Source: Ascoidea asiatica JCM 7603 (Eukaryota > Fungi > Ascomycota). Taken from it: DNA of 64,000 nt. The translations under genes were made by a program, and so were the position numbers. Location of the stretch: NCBI GenBank assembly GCA_001600695.1, contig BCKQ01000001.1:2028615-2092614 (forward strand). The letters are read 5' to 3'. The notes below the pieces were generated by a model. It searched no databases, was not told the origin of the DNA, and saw only the letters and a program-made list of their open reading frames with translations. Each line of letters opens with the position of its first letter. Position 1 is the stretch's first letter. Of this stretch, positions 1-12,515 are shown in pieces.

Positions 1-529
1 TCCAGTGGTGTGGTCTCAGTGCAGAGTGATGTAGACAATATGCACTACCAATCTTTCTACCATTAGAAGAAAAAATGATAGTAATCTTGCAAGATATTGC
101 ACGAATTGCTTTTGAATTCATGAAGACAGTATTACAAGAAAGTGCTATATAAAGAAGAAGCTGAATATATATTGAATTGAGATTTTATCAGCAAATCAAT
201 TAGTTTATTGTTTGATTATTCTTTTTGTGTATTTGATAGAAAGATAATCCGTTTTTGTCAGTGAAAAAAATGTATCACTAAACATTTTTTTTTTGAAAAT
301 GACAATGATAAAAATTTACAGACTTGAAAATATAATAATAATAACTATATTATTCTATAGAAGTTTTAATAAATAAAAGAGGAGAAATAAAAGGGCAAAG
401 TCAAGTAACTTATAAAATAAAGTTGTTTTTTTTAGAAAAGCAAAAATTTAAAAAATCAATATATAATTATTCATAAAAATTTCAATTAATAATGAAATGA
501 AAAGAAATCGAGTTAATTCTTGAATTCTT

Positions 530-1537
530 TTAAAGAAGTAAACCAGCCATTAATGCAACAGATGCTCCCATACCAGCAGATTTAGCAACTAAACCACGAG
601 CACCATTTTCACAATCCGATGTAGTAGTTGTTTTATCATCATCATCACCACAATCACTTGAAGTAGATGATTCTTCAGAAGCATATTTAGCATTATAAGC
701 AAAATAATTTCCATTTTTTCCTTCTTCATCATCAACATTAGTTAATTCAACTTCTTCATCTTCTTCTTGATTTTCTTCTATTGACATATTATCACTCTGT
801 GTTTCAATAGATTCTTGTTGTACTTCTTCTGCTCCTTCTTCAACTTCTTGATCTTGTCCTTCAATTTCTTCGAATTCTAATTCTTCATCTTCATCATCAT
901 AATCTTCTAATTCAGATTCATTAATTTTATCAAGTGCAGATTTTTTTAAATTTCCATCAGAATCTAAATTAATTAATGATAATCTTTCAGCTTCTTCAAC
1001 AGATTCATCAACTAAATAAATATTTGAACAAGCAAATTTTTTCAATTTTTTTTTATAATGTAAAACAACTGAATGGCCAACAATATATGAAGGATCTTTT
1101 GGATCTAAAGATAAATAAGGATCATAATAAGATTGTTCAAAACATGTTGTATTTATCCAACCATGTTTACCACTTAAATCACCAACTTGACATTGACTAT
1201 CATTTTCAACAGAATCACAATCAGCAGGACCATTGAAAGGATTAAAATGTAAACCAGTGGCTTCACAATTACCATTAGAAGGAACAGCATTTTCATGAAT
1301 ATGATAATAAAAAGGACCTTTTCTTTTTGGTAATTTTGTTACATCAATATGAACTTTAACAGTACCATTAACAGCAAAAAATTTAACAATACCAGTTACT
1401 TTTTTATTTTTACCACTTGCAGGAAAATCAGCTCTTGCAACAACTCTTGGATTATTATGATATTCAGGAGCATAATCTGCAATAACAGTTGAAAGCCATA
1501 AAGCAATTGGTAATAAAACTTTTTTATTAAAAATCAT
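530..1537 (-). CDS. Secreted GPI-anchored Cu-only superoxide dismutase (Candida Sod4/5/6 type)
   Basis: N-terminal signal peptide. Cu ligands in YHIHE, GLHFNP and VVLH. CQVGDLSGKHG has Gln where Sod1 has a Zn-binding His. Acidic stalk and a C-terminal GPI-like signal (ENGA...ASVALMAGLLL). Confidence 0.9.
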   Translation of the reverse strand: MIFNKKVLLPIALWLSTVIADYAPEYHNNPRVVARADFPASGKNKKVTGIVKFFAVNGTVKVHIDVTKLPKRKGPFYYHIHENAVPSNGNCEATGLHFNPFNGPADCDSVENDSQCQVGDLSGKHGWINTTCFEQSYYDPYLSLDPKDPSYIVGHSVVLHYKKKLKKFACSNIYLVDESVEEAERLSLINLDSDGNLKKSALDKINESELEDYDDEDEELEFEEIEGQDQEVEEGAEEVQQESIETQSDNMSIEENQEEDEEVELTNVDDEEGKNGNYFAYNAKYASEESSTSSDCGDDDDKTTTTSDCENGARGLVAKSAGMGASVALMAGLLL

Positions 1538-2578
1538 TTTTGTAAGAATTTTTTAAAGTTGAAAATTAATTAATTATAAAAATATAAATTAAAAAAAAAT
1601 GATAAGATGAATTAAGTAAATAAGTTTGTTAATTTCAGTTAATTGAGCTAATTTAACTAAGAATTTAATAATTAATTTGTAAATGATATAATTATTATTG
1701 ATGATCAATATTAATAGATTATAGTTAAATTGATAAAAGAAAATTAAAGTAAATTTAATTAAATTATTATTTTGGATAAAAAAAGTACATTATATTGTAA
1801 TATTGTCATATTCCCTGAAAAGTTAAAAGATCAAGATCTTTGTTATTTAGTAACACAAAAACAATATTCAAACTGGAATTGAGGCTAAGAGAATGAACAA
1901 AAAGAACATTATCGATAAAGAATACAGTTGATTACAAAAGAACTGAAGTAAAATAAGCAAAAATGAAGGAATTATGAGAAAGAAACTCTTTGTGGTTTAA
2001 ATCACAAACATGAAAGCTTTGGAAAACCACCACTGGTCTGTACCATTTTATTGAATCCTTTAGAAGAGAGACATTAATCCCATGGTGTGATCAGAGTAAC
2101 CAAGACCATACCGAAACTAGAGATTGCTTGCAATCGAAAGTTATTTGATTCGATTAAATGTGTTTCTTTCTATCTTCTTTATTTTCAGATCAGATATTTT
2201 CCATGAGAAGCATTCTTTTTATTTCTTTGTTTACAAATTCTCGAATTTGTCTCTCTTTTTTAAGTGTCAGATTCTTATCGCCATCGAAAACGAGTATATA
2301 TCAGGGCTCTTGCGATAATGTAGGGCTCTGCGGTCAGCTCTTTAATGTTTATCTATTAATCTTTTATTACTATTATTACTATTATTGTTAGTTTTAGTAT
2401 GAGTATTAATATTAGTAATTAGTTTATCTATTAATCTATTTTATCTAAAAGCGATTAATTATTGAAAGTTGATATTTGATAATTGATTATGAGAAATTGA
2501 AAAAAAAAAATTAAAGATTGGTAATTGGGAATTAGTGACTGTAATTGAGAGTAGTTAGAAAGAAATAGAAAGTAATGA

Positions 2579-3532
2579 TTATTGATTTATATTTCTATTC
2601 AAAATATCAGATTCTAAAAAATTATAAACATGATCCCAATATTCAGGTTGAATACATGTATCATTATGATAACCATTTTTAAATTTCATTAAAAATTTTT
2701 TATTACTTTTACTTAATTTGAATAAAGTTTTCATATGATCTGGAGGTACAATTTCATCTTTTTCACCAGATAAAAATAAAATTGGTAAATTTTTTGATAA
2801 AATTTTTATTCTTTCTTCTGATGGCCATATTTCATGACATAAATATTTAAAAAATTTTAAAAATGGAAAAATATGTGGTATAACTTTTTGAATATTTAAA
2901 AATGTATTTTCTAAAATTAATCCAGAAATTTTGAAATTTTTTTCTTTAAATTTTATTGAAATTTCATTTAAATATGCCATATAAATTGCAACTGCACCAC
3001 CAATTGATCTACCATATAAAACTATTGAAGTTTTATTAAATTGAGAATCATTTGAAACAAAATCTAAAATTGTTTCAGCATCTATCATAATTCCAGATTC
3101 ATTTGGACTACCAGTTGATTTACCATAACCTCTATATGAAAAAATAATTACATTATAATTAAAATTTTGAAAAAAAATTTTAACAGTTGGTAAAAAATGT
3201 CCAATATTACCAGCATTTGGTGATAATAATATTATTGTTTTATCTTTATAAGTTGATTTATTATATTGATTATGTCTTAAGATATAAGTTTGTAAAAATT
3301 CACCATCTTTTGTTTTAATATTTTTTGATTCATATGGTAAACCATATTTTGAAGGATTATCAACAATTTTTCTACCATTATTTGCATATGATGGATAAAC
3401 AATTTTATTTTGAAAAGTATATAAAGAAATTAAACCAATTGCAGATAATGATGCAAATATTTGAAACATTATTTTTCCAGTTTTTAATAGATAATAAGCT
3501 ATTGAAGATAAAATGGTTAAAGTAAAAGCCAT
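2579..3532 (-). CDS. Bem46/ABHD13-family alpha/beta hydrolase (YNL320W-like)
   Basis: PNAGNIG, YRGYGKS, GRSIGG nucleophile elbow, ILENTF, DEIVPP and HNDT. N-terminal hydrophobic anchor. First ATG is at 3532; the ORF-track start at 3550 is non-ATG. Confidence 0.9.
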   Translation of the reverse strand: MAFTLTILSSIAYYLLKTGKIMFQIFASLSAIGLISLYTFQNKIVYPSYANNGRKIVDNPSKYGLPYESKNIKTKDGEFLQTYILRHNQYNKSTYKDKTIILLSPNAGNIGHFLPTVKIFFQNFNYNVIIFSYRGYGKSTGSPNESGIMIDAETILDFVSNDSQFNKTSIVLYGRSIGGAVAIYMAYLNEISIKFKEKNFKISGLILENTFLNIQKVIPHIFPFLKFFKYLCHEIWPSEERIKILSKNLPILFLSGEKDEIVPPDHMKTLFKLSKSNKKFLMKFKNGYHNDTCIQPEYWDHVYNFLESDILNRNINQ

Positions 3533-3912
3533 GCTTTTTAATATTATCACTACAAAATATATTTTTATAAGTTTATTATTTTATTTATGAAAAGTATTAT
3601 AAATTGAATTAAAGTAAAGAATTAATTGAATAAATACTATTTTCATTTATATACTTTATGAATATATTACATTTTACAGTAAATAATTTATTGAATTTAA
3701 CTTGATTATTTATTACTGAGTGATGGATAAATATAAAATACAGGCTAAAAAGTAATGGAACGTATTAAAAAGACATGCGCCGCAATTAAAGATTTACAAT
3801 AATAATAGTAATAATAACATTACCATAAAAAGATTAATATTATTATTATTATTATTATTATTACGATAAGATAAATCAAATATCATGAATAATTCAAATA
3901 ATCTTTGTTCAA

Positions 3913-3959
<47 letters not shown>

Positions 3960-4060
3960 TTTATGTTCTTATTATTGAATTAAAGTCATTATTATTAATA
4001 TTAAATGTATATAAGGAACTATAGATTATAAATTGTTAACAGTATACTACATTTTATTAA

Positions 4061-4915
4061 TTAAAAATCCAAAGATCTAACTGATTCATTATCAGAAATT
4101 ACATCAAGAGGAGGAATTGATTGATTTTGAAATTCAGAATTAGTTGATGAAGATTCAAGTTCATTTGAAGAATTAGATATATTAAAAGAAGGTGAAGTAT
4201 AAGAAGGAGAATTTATACCAGGCATTCTTGTTGGTATAATTTTAACAGGTATAACTGGAGTTTTATCTTTATAAATTGTATTTATAACTAATTCTTCATT
4301 TTTTGGAGGATCTAATAAAATTATTGGATTTTCTAGTAAATGAGTTTCATTATTATTGATTATTGTATTTGAATAAATTCTTTTTAATTTTAAATTATCT
4401 TCATTATCTTCATTATCCTCATTATCTAAGTTATTTGAAGGCAGTTGTAGATGATTTTGTTCTTGTTGCTTTTGTCTTTTATATAAAATACTTTTGAATT
4501 CTTTTGGATCTAACATATCTATTTTACTTGGTTCATCTTCATGTCTTGATTCCCATTCAGGGGGTGGAGAAGGAGGTGGAGATATAATAAAAGTATTACC
4601 AGCTTCAGGTAATCTTAAAAATTCAATATTATTATAATTATTTGAATTAATATTATAAATTTCATTAAAATTATTAATTGGTGCAAAATAAATATTAAAT
4701 TTACATTTTTTTAAAATTTGATAAATAAAATTTGATGTTTCTATTTTTTCAAAGAAAATTAAAATTCTTTTTAATGATTTTAAAATTGTAAATTTGATTA
4801 TTTCATTTGATGGAGTATTTTCAACTATTTGTTCTTGTAAAAATGTGATTAGTTCTTCATCATCCAATTCTTCTTTTGAAAAATCAGTTAATATTAAAGT
4901 ATTTGTCTGTTTCAT
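4061..4915 (-). CDS. RCN1: Calcipressin / regulator of calcineurin (RCAN family)
   Basis: FIISPPPSPPPEW signature, N-terminal RRM-like region (TNTLILT...LKSLKRILIFF) and a TxxP-type motif (PTRMP). Confidence 0.85.
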   Translation of the reverse strand: MKQTNTLILTDFSKEELDDEELITFLQEQIVENTPSNEIIKFTILKSLKRILIFFEKIETSNFIYQILKKCKFNIYFAPINNFNEIYNINSNNYNNIEFLRLPEAGNTFIISPPPSPPPEWESRHEDEPSKIDMLDPKEFKSILYKRQKQQEQNHLQLPSNNLDNEDNEDNEDNLKLKRIYSNTIINNNETHLLENPIILLDPPKNEELVINTIYKDKTPVIPVKIIPTRMPGINSPSYTSPSFNISNSSNELESSSTNSEFQNQSIPPLDVISDNESVRSLDF

Positions 4916-5129
4916 ATCTGAAGCAGTATTGTGATATGGTGTCTTATTTTTTTAGATATTTGAAATACTTTCAATAATATGAATGATTTGAATAAAATGA
5001 GTAAATTTGATTTATTTGAATGAAAAAGGATAATGAAGATAGATGGATATATTTAGTATGCTTTATCTTTTATATATTTAGCAGTTAGTACTTAATATTC
5101 ACTACAGCAGTTGCCTTCAACTCTGCCAT

Positions 5130-5400
5130 GGGGCTGGTGCATTTTAAATCTTCCCCGTTGCCAACCTTCCCAGAAGTACCCCAAAACTGGCCTCAATTTA
5201 AAACCCAATTCTGCCCCAGATTTTTAATTTTGTCCCTACCCTAAAATAGTCATATTATTGCACCATTTGTAAAATTAAAATTGCATCACGTGAACAGTTT
5301 ACTTTACTGCTGACTCTGTTTTCCACGTGACTTCCTTTGCTGCTGCCGCTATTGACTTTAAATCTCGGGAACCGATCCGCGCCCAAGTCTCTATCTCCAA
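5130..5400. promoter_or_regulatory. GC-richer divergent promoter core (RCN1 / SDR) with two Cbf1-type E-boxes
   Basis: ATCACGTGA at 5285-5293 and CACGTGAC at 5324-5331. GGGGCTG at 5130-5136 is only a weak Crz1-like match. Confidence 0.45.
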
Positions 5401-5652
5401 TATCTCCATAAAGATTACAATGTCGATTATTACGATAACTTAACTATTACTAGTACTGTATGTAATAAATACATCTTATTTATTCATCCTATTTATAATC
5501 ACCAATTTCCCCCATTTTGAAGACTATATTTCACTTTTTTTCCATTGTTTGATTTTGTCATCATTTATATCATTTACTCTTTATAATCATTATCATTTAA
5601 TTTTGATCAATTCATATTCTAAATCACTAAATTACTTCTTAAAAATTCAAAA

Positions 5653-6459
5653 ATGGCTTTTAAAGAAACTGCAGCTGAAAGATTAGCTAATAAAGTTATA
5701 TTAATAACTGGTGCTTCTGCTGGTATTGGAGAAGCAACTGCAATTGAATTTGCAAGTATTGCAAATGGTCAAATTAAATTAATTTTAGCTGCAAGAAGAT
5801 TAGAAAATTTAGAAAATTTAAAAAAAAAATTAATTTCAAAATTTCCAAATATTAAAATTTTAATTTATAAATTAGATGTAAGTAAAATTGAAACAATTAG
5901 ACCATTTATTAATAATTTACCAGATGATTTTAAAAATATTGATATTTTAATTAATAATGCTGGTAAAGCTTTAGGTGTTGATAAAGTTGGTGAAATTAAA
6001 AATGATGATATTAATGATATGTTTCAAGTTAATGTTTTAGGTATGATTGAAGTTGTTCAAGCTGTTTTACCAATTATGATTAAAAATAAAAAAGGTGATA
6101 TTGTTCAATTAGGTTCAATTGCTGGTAGAGAACCTTATCCAGGTGGATCAATTTATTGTGCAACAAAACATGCTTTAAGAGCTTTTACTTCTGCTTTAAG
6201 AAAAGAAATTATTAATACTCCAATAAGAGTTATTGAAATTCAACCTGGCGCTGTTGAAACTGAATTTTCTGACATTAGATTTAATGGTAATAAAGATCTT
6301 GCTAAAAAAGTTTATGAAGGTGGTGAACCTTTAATTGCTGATGATATTGCTGAAATTATTGTATTTGCTTGTTCAAGAAGATCAAATACTGTAATGGCTG
6401 AAAATTTAATATTCCCAACTTGTCAAGCTTCTCCTTTCCATTATTATCGTGGTAATTAG
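5653..6459 (+). CDS. NADP-dependent 3-hydroxyacid dehydrogenase, SDR family (YMR226C/YdfG-like)
   Basis: TGASAGIG Rossmann motif, NNAG, catalytic [14 protein letters not shown]. Confidence 0.92.
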   Translation: MAFKETAAERLANKVILITGASAGIGEATAIEFASIANGQIKLILAARRLENLENLKKKLISKFPNIKILIYKLDVSKIETIRPFINNLPDDFKNIDILINNAGKALGVDKVGEIKNDDINDMFQVNVLGMIEVVQAVLPIMIKNKKGDIVQLGSIAGREPYPGGSIYCATKHALRAFTSALRKEIINTPIRVIEIQPGAVETEFSDIRFNGNKDLAKKVYEGGEPLIADDIAEIIVFACSRRSNTVMAENLIFPTCQASPFHYYRGN

Positions 6460-6580
6460 CTAATAAATTAATTAATTAATTCATTAATTCATTAATTAAT
6501 AACATATTTTTGAATTTAATATACAATAGTACTGTAGTTTATAAATATCTTATTTAACATTGATATTTGACTAGTTTTGA

Positions 6581-7924
6581 TTAATCTCTATAACCAACAA
6601 CATCAACATTTTTCCATTGTTTAAGCTTCATGATTGCATAACCTAAATTGAAAAAATCTTTGATTATTACAACAATTAAACATCCAATTATATTATTAAT
6701 AAATTTACTATCATCTGGAGTATTTATAAATTCACTTAATTTTAATCCCAAACTTTTATTTACTAATAAATTTAAAATTTTATTAACAATTTTACTTACA
6801 AATTTGTTTTCTAGTAAACTATCTGAAATTATTCTACCAAAAAATGGCCATAATAATGTTGTTCCATATTTTAATGTACTTGAACTATGCATAAACATTT
6901 GTGAATAATCATTTAACATAATTCGAATAAATGTACTAAAAATTTTTTTGAATTTATTTTGGATAATTTTTTTGAAATTTTTAAAGTTTTTGAGATATTT
7001 AAAGTTTTTGGATTTTTTAAAATCTAATATGTTATTATTAATGGAATTTGGTGAATTCAAATTCAAAAGATTTCTTTTATTATAATTCCTTTGAATATTG
7101 AGATTTTCTTCTTCGATTTCTTCTTCAGATTCTTCTTCAACTTCATCTTCCAATTCCTCTTCAATGTCTTCTTCATTATCTTCCTCCCTTCCATCTGGAA
7201 TTTTCAAGAAAGAAAAACCTGAAAATTGAGTTAATCTATAATAACAATAATTAAAAGTTATTTTGAAAAAAAATACATAACCATATTTCATAGGAGATAA
7301 AAGAAGTAAAAATTTTAATGGTGATGATTGTTTAAAACATTCTTTAAATGACAAAGGATTTGTAGAGTATTGATTTTGTAACTTATCTAATAATACTTCA
7401 TTCCAAAAAAATGGAAAACTATTTAAAAATATTTTTTCAAAAATAGTATTTGTAATTCCTCTTAAAGAAAAAAAATAAAATGGAACAAAACATAATCTTT
7501 GAAATGATTTAATATTTAGTGTTAGAGGTATATTACTTTGACGAAAAAATGATGGTTTTATACCTAAATATCCTAATGCAATATTTCTTGGTGCAGCTTG
7601 AAAAAGTTGAAATCTTCCAACTGCTCCAATTCCTAAAGATATTCCAAGAAACAATCCAGTTGCTGCTGATGATGCTGAAATAATCACTATGAATTCTTCA
7701 GCAGCATGTACAAGTTCATTTTGAAATTCTATGAAATATCGTAATATTTTGTTACTTGGCATTAAAAAAATAATTCTTGATTTACATTGAGGGCATTTCA
7801 TTACCGTATTTCCTCTTGAAGCTTGAGAAACACTCCAGTTAATTAAACATGATTTATGAGCAACTAATGAACAAGAACATGGATGAATACAATCACCTTC
7901 TTCTAAACATATCCAACAAGCCAT
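6581..7924 (-). CDS. RING-CH (RINGv) membrane E3 ubiquitin ligase, MARCH5/MITOL-like
   Basis: CWIC...HPCSC..VAHKSCLINW...CPQC RINGv at the N-terminus (ATG 7924). Hydrophobic segments GTTLLWPFFGRII and IIGCLIVVIIKD resemble the MARCH5 C-terminal transmembrane helices. Confidence 0.75.
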   Translation of the reverse strand: MACWICLEEGDCIHPCSCSLVAHKSCLINWSVSQASRGNTVMKCPQCKSRIIFLMPSNKILRYFIEFQNELVHAAEEFIVIISASSAATGLFLGISLGIGAVGRFQLFQAAPRNIALGYLGIKPSFFRQSNIPLTLNIKSFQRLCFVPFYFFSLRGITNTIFEKIFLNSFPFFWNEVLLDKLQNQYSTNPLSFKECFKQSSPLKFLLLLSPMKYGYVFFFKITFNYCYYRLTQFSGFSFLKIPDGREEDNEEDIEEELEDEVEEESEEEIEEENLNIQRNYNKRNLLNLNSPNSINNNILDFKKSKNFKYLKNFKNFKKIIQNKFKKIFSTFIRIMLNDYSQMFMHSSSTLKYGTTLLWPFFGRIISDSLLENKFVSKIVNKILNLLVNKSLGLKLSEFINTPDDSKFINNIIGCLIVVIIKDFFNLGYAIMKLKQWKNVDVVGYRD

Positions 7925-8331
7925 TTGTTTTTTTAATATTTTAATATAAATTTCGATAATATATAATACACAAATAAAACCTTTATGATAATTTTCTTCA
8001 AAGGTTTGAATAAATTGATTATTGAATATACCAAGCAATATTAAATAATTCAACACTCAGTGGTTAATTAAATTAATATTTTTAATGGTTAACGTTCCTG
8101 TTCTTAATCGATCTCAAGTCCGATTAAATCTTACTTTCTTAGTCTTCCTTTCATTTCTGTAGTTCTGTGATCAAAATATATAAGTCACATGACCGTATAT
8201 GCATTGAAATTTTTACTTGAAAACAAGGAAATTATTTCGAATAAAAATAAATTATTTCCAAGACAGTTTGAAATAGATTTATTTTACAATAGGAAGTAGA
8301 AAGAATAAAGTGAAATAAATTTGTATTAATT

Positions 8332-9171
8332 ATGTCAAAAGTTGGAGTATTGGCATTAGGACCTGCAGGAGCTGGTAAAACCACTTTTTGTAACTCTTTA
8401 GTTAATCATATGCAAACTGTTGGAAGAAGTTGTGTTTTAGTAAATTTAGATCCTGCAGCAGAAGCAACAAAATATGAATTTACTATTGATATTAGAGATT
8501 TAATATCTGTTGCAGATGTAATGGAAGAAATGAATTTGGGACCCAATGGTGCTTTGATTTACTGTTTTGAATTTTTATTAAATAATCTAGATTGGTTAGA
8601 TGATGAAATTGGAGATTATATGGATGATTATTTAATTATTGATTGTCCAGGACAGATTGAATTATACACTCATATTCCAATATTACCTAAAATTATACAG
8701 CATTTCAAGATAAACTTAAATTATAATCTTTGTATTTCTTATTTAATGGAATCGTCTTTTATTATTGATAATTCAAAGTTTTTCTCAGGAACATTAAGTG
8801 CAATGTCTGCAATGTTATTATTAGAATTACCTCATATAAATATATTATCAAAATTTGATTTAATTAAAAAAACTTATAGTAAAAATTATGTTAAAAAATA
8901 TTTAAATCCAGATCCTTTATTATTGGTATCTTCAAATTCAACTAAAGATAAAAGTGAATATTATTTACATAATGAAAAATTCAGAAAATTAAATGGTGCA
9001 ATTGCTAACTTAATTGATGATTTTGGTATGGTACAATATTTAACTTTAGAAGCAAATGATACAGAATCAATTAAAGGTATATTATCTTATATTGATGATA
9101 TTACTCAATATAGTGAATCAGCTGAACCAAAAGAGCCACCAAATTTAGTAGATGAACCTGGCGACGACTAA
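8332..9171 (+). CDS. GPN3: GPN-loop GTPase 3
   Basis: [10 protein letters not shown]-loop, NLDPA, LGPNGAL (GPN loop), [21 protein letters not shown]-terminus matches Gpn3. Confidence 0.92.
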   Translation: MSKVGVLALGPAGAGKTTFCNSLVNHMQTVGRSCVLVNLDPAAEATKYEFTIDIRDLISVADVMEEMNLGPNGALIYCFEFLLNNLDWLDDEIGDYMDDYLIIDCPGQIELYTHIPILPKIIQHFKINLNYNLCISYLMESSFIIDNSKFFSGTLSAMSAMLLLELPHINILSKFDLIKKTYSKNYVKKYLNPDPLLLVSSNSTKDKSEYYLHNEKFRKLNGAIANLIDDFGMVQYLTLEANDTESIKGILSYIDDITQYSESAEPKEPPNLVDEPGDD

Positions 9172-9470
9172 AAGACTTTTCTTATCATAATAAGATAATA
9201 AGAATAAAAAATCCTTTGTAATATACATTAATTAATGAATGCAGTTAGCATTAAAATTTATATAAATTAAATAAACTATTTTTCAAATCTTTTTTGGTTA
9301 CTTTTTTGAAATTATAAAAAAAAATATAAAACAAAACAAAATATACACTAAGAAGGAAAAAAAAATTACAAATCTTAAAAAAATAATAAATATTTGAAAA
9401 TAATGAAAACAGATTAAAATGGTCATTGGATTTTGTGAAGAAAAAATAGAAAAAAGAAAAACTAATTCCA

Positions 9471-11981
9471 TTAATAGTCAAGTGTTTTATATTTCCAAAT
9501 TCTAGCTTTACAATCACCACTACCAGTAGCAAAATAACCATTTCCACCAAGACCATTATTACTAACACACACACTAATAACTGAATTTCTATGACCTTGT
9601 AACATAAATAATGGATTACCAGCTTTTTTATCCCAGAATATAACACCTCTATCTTTACTACCACTTAAAATATAATTGTTATCTGGAGTAGAACATACAC
9701 TTAAAACAAAATCTTTATGACCAACATAAGTAACTTCACATTTAGCAGATTTTTTACCAGTACCACTCATATCTCTATCTATTGACCATAATTTAACAGT
9801 TGTATCTAAAGAACCCGAAGTGATTTCTTTACCATCATGAGTGAACTGTACAGAATAAACGGAATCTTTATGACCATTATCAGATTCAGTATCGTCTAAT
9901 CTTTCAACTAGGAAACCAGAATGAGCATCCCATACTCTAACTATACGATCAAGAGAACCAGCAGCGATCAAAGCTGAATCGGGAGAAACAGCAACAGTTG
10001 TAACACCATCTTCAATTGTTAAAGTTAAAGTTGAGGTTCCACTGGCAAGATCCCAAATTCTAACAGTTTTATCACCAGAACCTGAAACCAATTTTAGACC
10101 ATCTGGGAAATAATCTAATGAATAAATATCTTGTTCATGACCTTTTAAAATTTGAACAATTCTTCTTGAATTCAAATCCCAAATTCTAATTAATTTATCT
10201 TCAGCACCAGTAGCTAAATATCTACCACAAGGAGAAAATGTTACAGCTCTAATATATAAATCACCATTAGTATTTTCATTACGAGTAGAAGGATCATCAG
10301 AATTTGTAACACCATTTGAAGTTGAACTTGTAAAACTTCCATCATCAATTAATTTTGCAATACAAGTACCAGTATCAACACCATAAATTTGAGCAGATTT
10401 ATTACAACCAGTAGCTAAATATTTTCCATCTTTTGAAAAACGAACACAACAAACAACAGAACTATGATCAAAAGAATATAATAAATCAACATCTATTGAT
10501 CTTGGTAAAGCAGGATTATATAAAACATAATATTCTGAAGTTTGTTTTTTTAAATTAGCTGGAACCAAATCAGCATCTAAAACACTTAAAAAATTTGGAA
10601 ATGATTTTCGATGAGCAGCTCTATCTTCAAGTGAAACAACTCCAAAATTTTCAGCAGAAGTAGATTCATTTGAAGGTAATTGACTTGATTGTTGTTGCAG
10701 AGGTAATTGAGGAGTTTGAGGAGGAATAATAGATTGAGGAGATTGTTGAAGTTTAATTATTTGATTAGATTGACTTCCTTCAGAAGGTCGTTTTTGATGA
10801 TTTAAACCAATTGAAGGTTGTTGAGAAGTTAATTGAGGTTGAGGTTGTTGAGGTTGAGTGGATTGATTTGGTGTTGAAGAAAGAGGAGGACCTTGTAAAT
10901 GAGTTGATTTTCCTGGAGCATTTTTTAAAGGATGTAATAAAATTGAACTTGTTGGTGGTTGAGAATTTGTTGCAGATGAAACTGAAGGAGGAGTTGGAGC
11001 ACTATTTGAACTTTGATTTGTATTTAAAGGTAATATATTATTTTTTGGTGTTGGTTGACTTTGTTGTTGAGTTGTAGGTTGCAGAGAATTTTGAGTTTGT
11101 TGAACTTGAGAAAGTAAAGTTTGAACAGAATTTTGACCTGGAGGTTGAATTGAAGATGAACCAGGTCCAGCCATTGTAGGATTATGTTGTTGACTAGGTT
11201 GTTGAATATTTTTTTCAGGATGCTGTTGTTGTTGTTGAATATGAGATGGAACAGATACTTGTTGTTGAGAAGTATTTGGAGTTGAAGGATTATTTGAATA
11301 AAAATTTGGTTGTTGTAATTGTTGTTGTTGTTGAGCTTGTTGTTGTTCATACATTAATTTTTGAGTAAAATTTGGACTTTGTTGAGAACCTGGAGGAGGA
11401 GCTAATTGTTGTTGTTGTTGAGAAGCAGGAGGTAAAGCAGGATTTAATATACTTTGACGAGATGGAACACGGTCAAGTTGTTGAGCTTGTTGATGTTGTT
11501 GATGCTGTTGCTGCTGCTGTTGATGTTGCTGAGCTTGTTGTTGTTGAACTTGTTGTTGTTGTTGAGCCTGTTGTTGTTGCTGTTGTTGTGCTTGTTGTTG
11601 AGCTTGCTGTTGTTGTTGAACTTGCTGAACCTGTTGAACTTGTTGTTGCTGAACTTGTTGTTGTTGTTGTTGTTGTTGTTGAGCTTGTTGTAATTGAGAT
11701 TGAAAATTAACAGCTTGAGTATCTAAAGCAGATTTCAATCTTCTAATTTCATCTTCATAAGATTGTTTTAATTTTTCATGAGTTCTTTGTAAAGCAAAAA
11801 CAGTATTTTTAATTTCAACTAATTCACTTGCTTGTTTACTAAATTTTACATCAGATTCATCTTTATGATGTCTATAAGTAGAAGCTTCAGTTTTAACTTG
11901 CTCAAATTCTTGTTTAATAGCGTCTAATAACTCATTTAACCTTTGTTCGGGATTTAATGGTGGTCGTTGAGGATAAGACAT
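9471..11981 (-). CDS. TUP1: General transcriptional corepressor Tup1
   Basis: Tup_N ([13 protein letters not shown]...YEDEIRRLK), Q-rich linker, WD40 propeller ([44 protein letters not shown]). Confidence 0.97.
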   Translation of the reverse strand: MSYPQRPPLNPEQRLNELLDAIKQEFEQVKTEASTYRHHKDESDVKFSKQASELVEIKNTVFALQRTHEKLKQSYEDEIRRLKSALDTQAVNFQSQLQQAQQQQQQQQQVQQQQVQQVQQVQQQQQAQQQAQQQQQQQAQQQQQVQQQQAQQHQQQQQQHQQHQQAQQLDRVPSRQSILNPALPPASQQQQQLAPPPGSQQSPNFTQKLMYEQQQAQQQQQLQQPNFYSNNPSTPNTSQQQVSVPSHIQQQQQHPEKNIQQPSQQHNPTMAGPGSSSIQPPGQNSVQTLLSQVQQTQNSLQPTTQQQSQPTPKNNILPLNTNQSSNSAPTPPSVSSATNSQPPTSSILLHPLKNAPGKSTHLQGPPLSSTPNQSTQPQQPQPQLTSQQPSIGLNHQKRPSEGSQSNQIIKLQQSPQSIIPPQTPQLPLQQQSSQLPSNESTSAENFGVVSLEDRAAHRKSFPNFLSVLDADLVPANLKKQTSEYYVLYNPALPRSIDVDLLYSFDHSSVVCCVRFSKDGKYLATGCNKSAQIYGVDTGTCIAKLIDDGSFTSSTSNGVTNSDDPSTRNENTNGDLYIRAVTFSPCGRYLATGAEDKLIRIWDLNSRRIVQILKGHEQDIYSLDYFPDGLKLVSGSGDKTVRIWDLASGTSTLTLTIEDGVTTVAVSPDSALIAAGSLDRIVRVWDAHSGFLVERLDDTESDNGHKDSVYSVQFTHDGKEITSGSLDTTVKLWSIDRDMSGTGKKSAKCEVTYVGHKDFVLSVCSTPDNNYILSGSKDRGVIFWDKKAGNPLFMLQGHRNSVISVCVSNNGLGGNGYFATGSGDCKARIWKYKTLDY

Positions 11982-12477
11982 TTTTTAAATAAAATATATT
12001 ATAATAAAGTATTCAAATATTTAAATGAGCTTAATTAATATATGGATATATAAATAATATGTATATAATTATATTATCAAATTATTTTTTTTTTATTTTT
12101 ATTACAATAGAAGTATATTATAATAGAAGTTTATTTTGAGGTTGGAAGATACAGATGATAATATATTATAAATAATATTATACAATAATTTTATATTGGG
12201 TACAAAAAGATAATTAATATAATAAATATAATTTTAATATACAATATTATAAGGGAGTAACTTAAGTATGTTTAATGAATGAAAGAGTGTGAGTAAATAA
12301 GTTAGTAAGTAATAATTTTGAATAATTTGAAATATAAATAAAAATAGCGAGAATTGAGTTTATATATGTAAAAAAGTGAGATATTTAATAGAAGCAATAA
12401 AGTGACAATTTAAAATTGAAAATTAAAAAAAGAGAAGAAAATAATAAAAGGGAAAAAAAAAAGGATAAAAGAGATAC

Positions 12478-12515
<38 letters not shown>

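Noticed and set aside
10811-11710. Poly-Leu/Val ORFs antisense to TUP1 (and similar ones antisense to PPZ1, DnaJ, RSC2, DAL1)
   Set aside because: Shadow frames of CAA/AAT repeat tracts in real genes.
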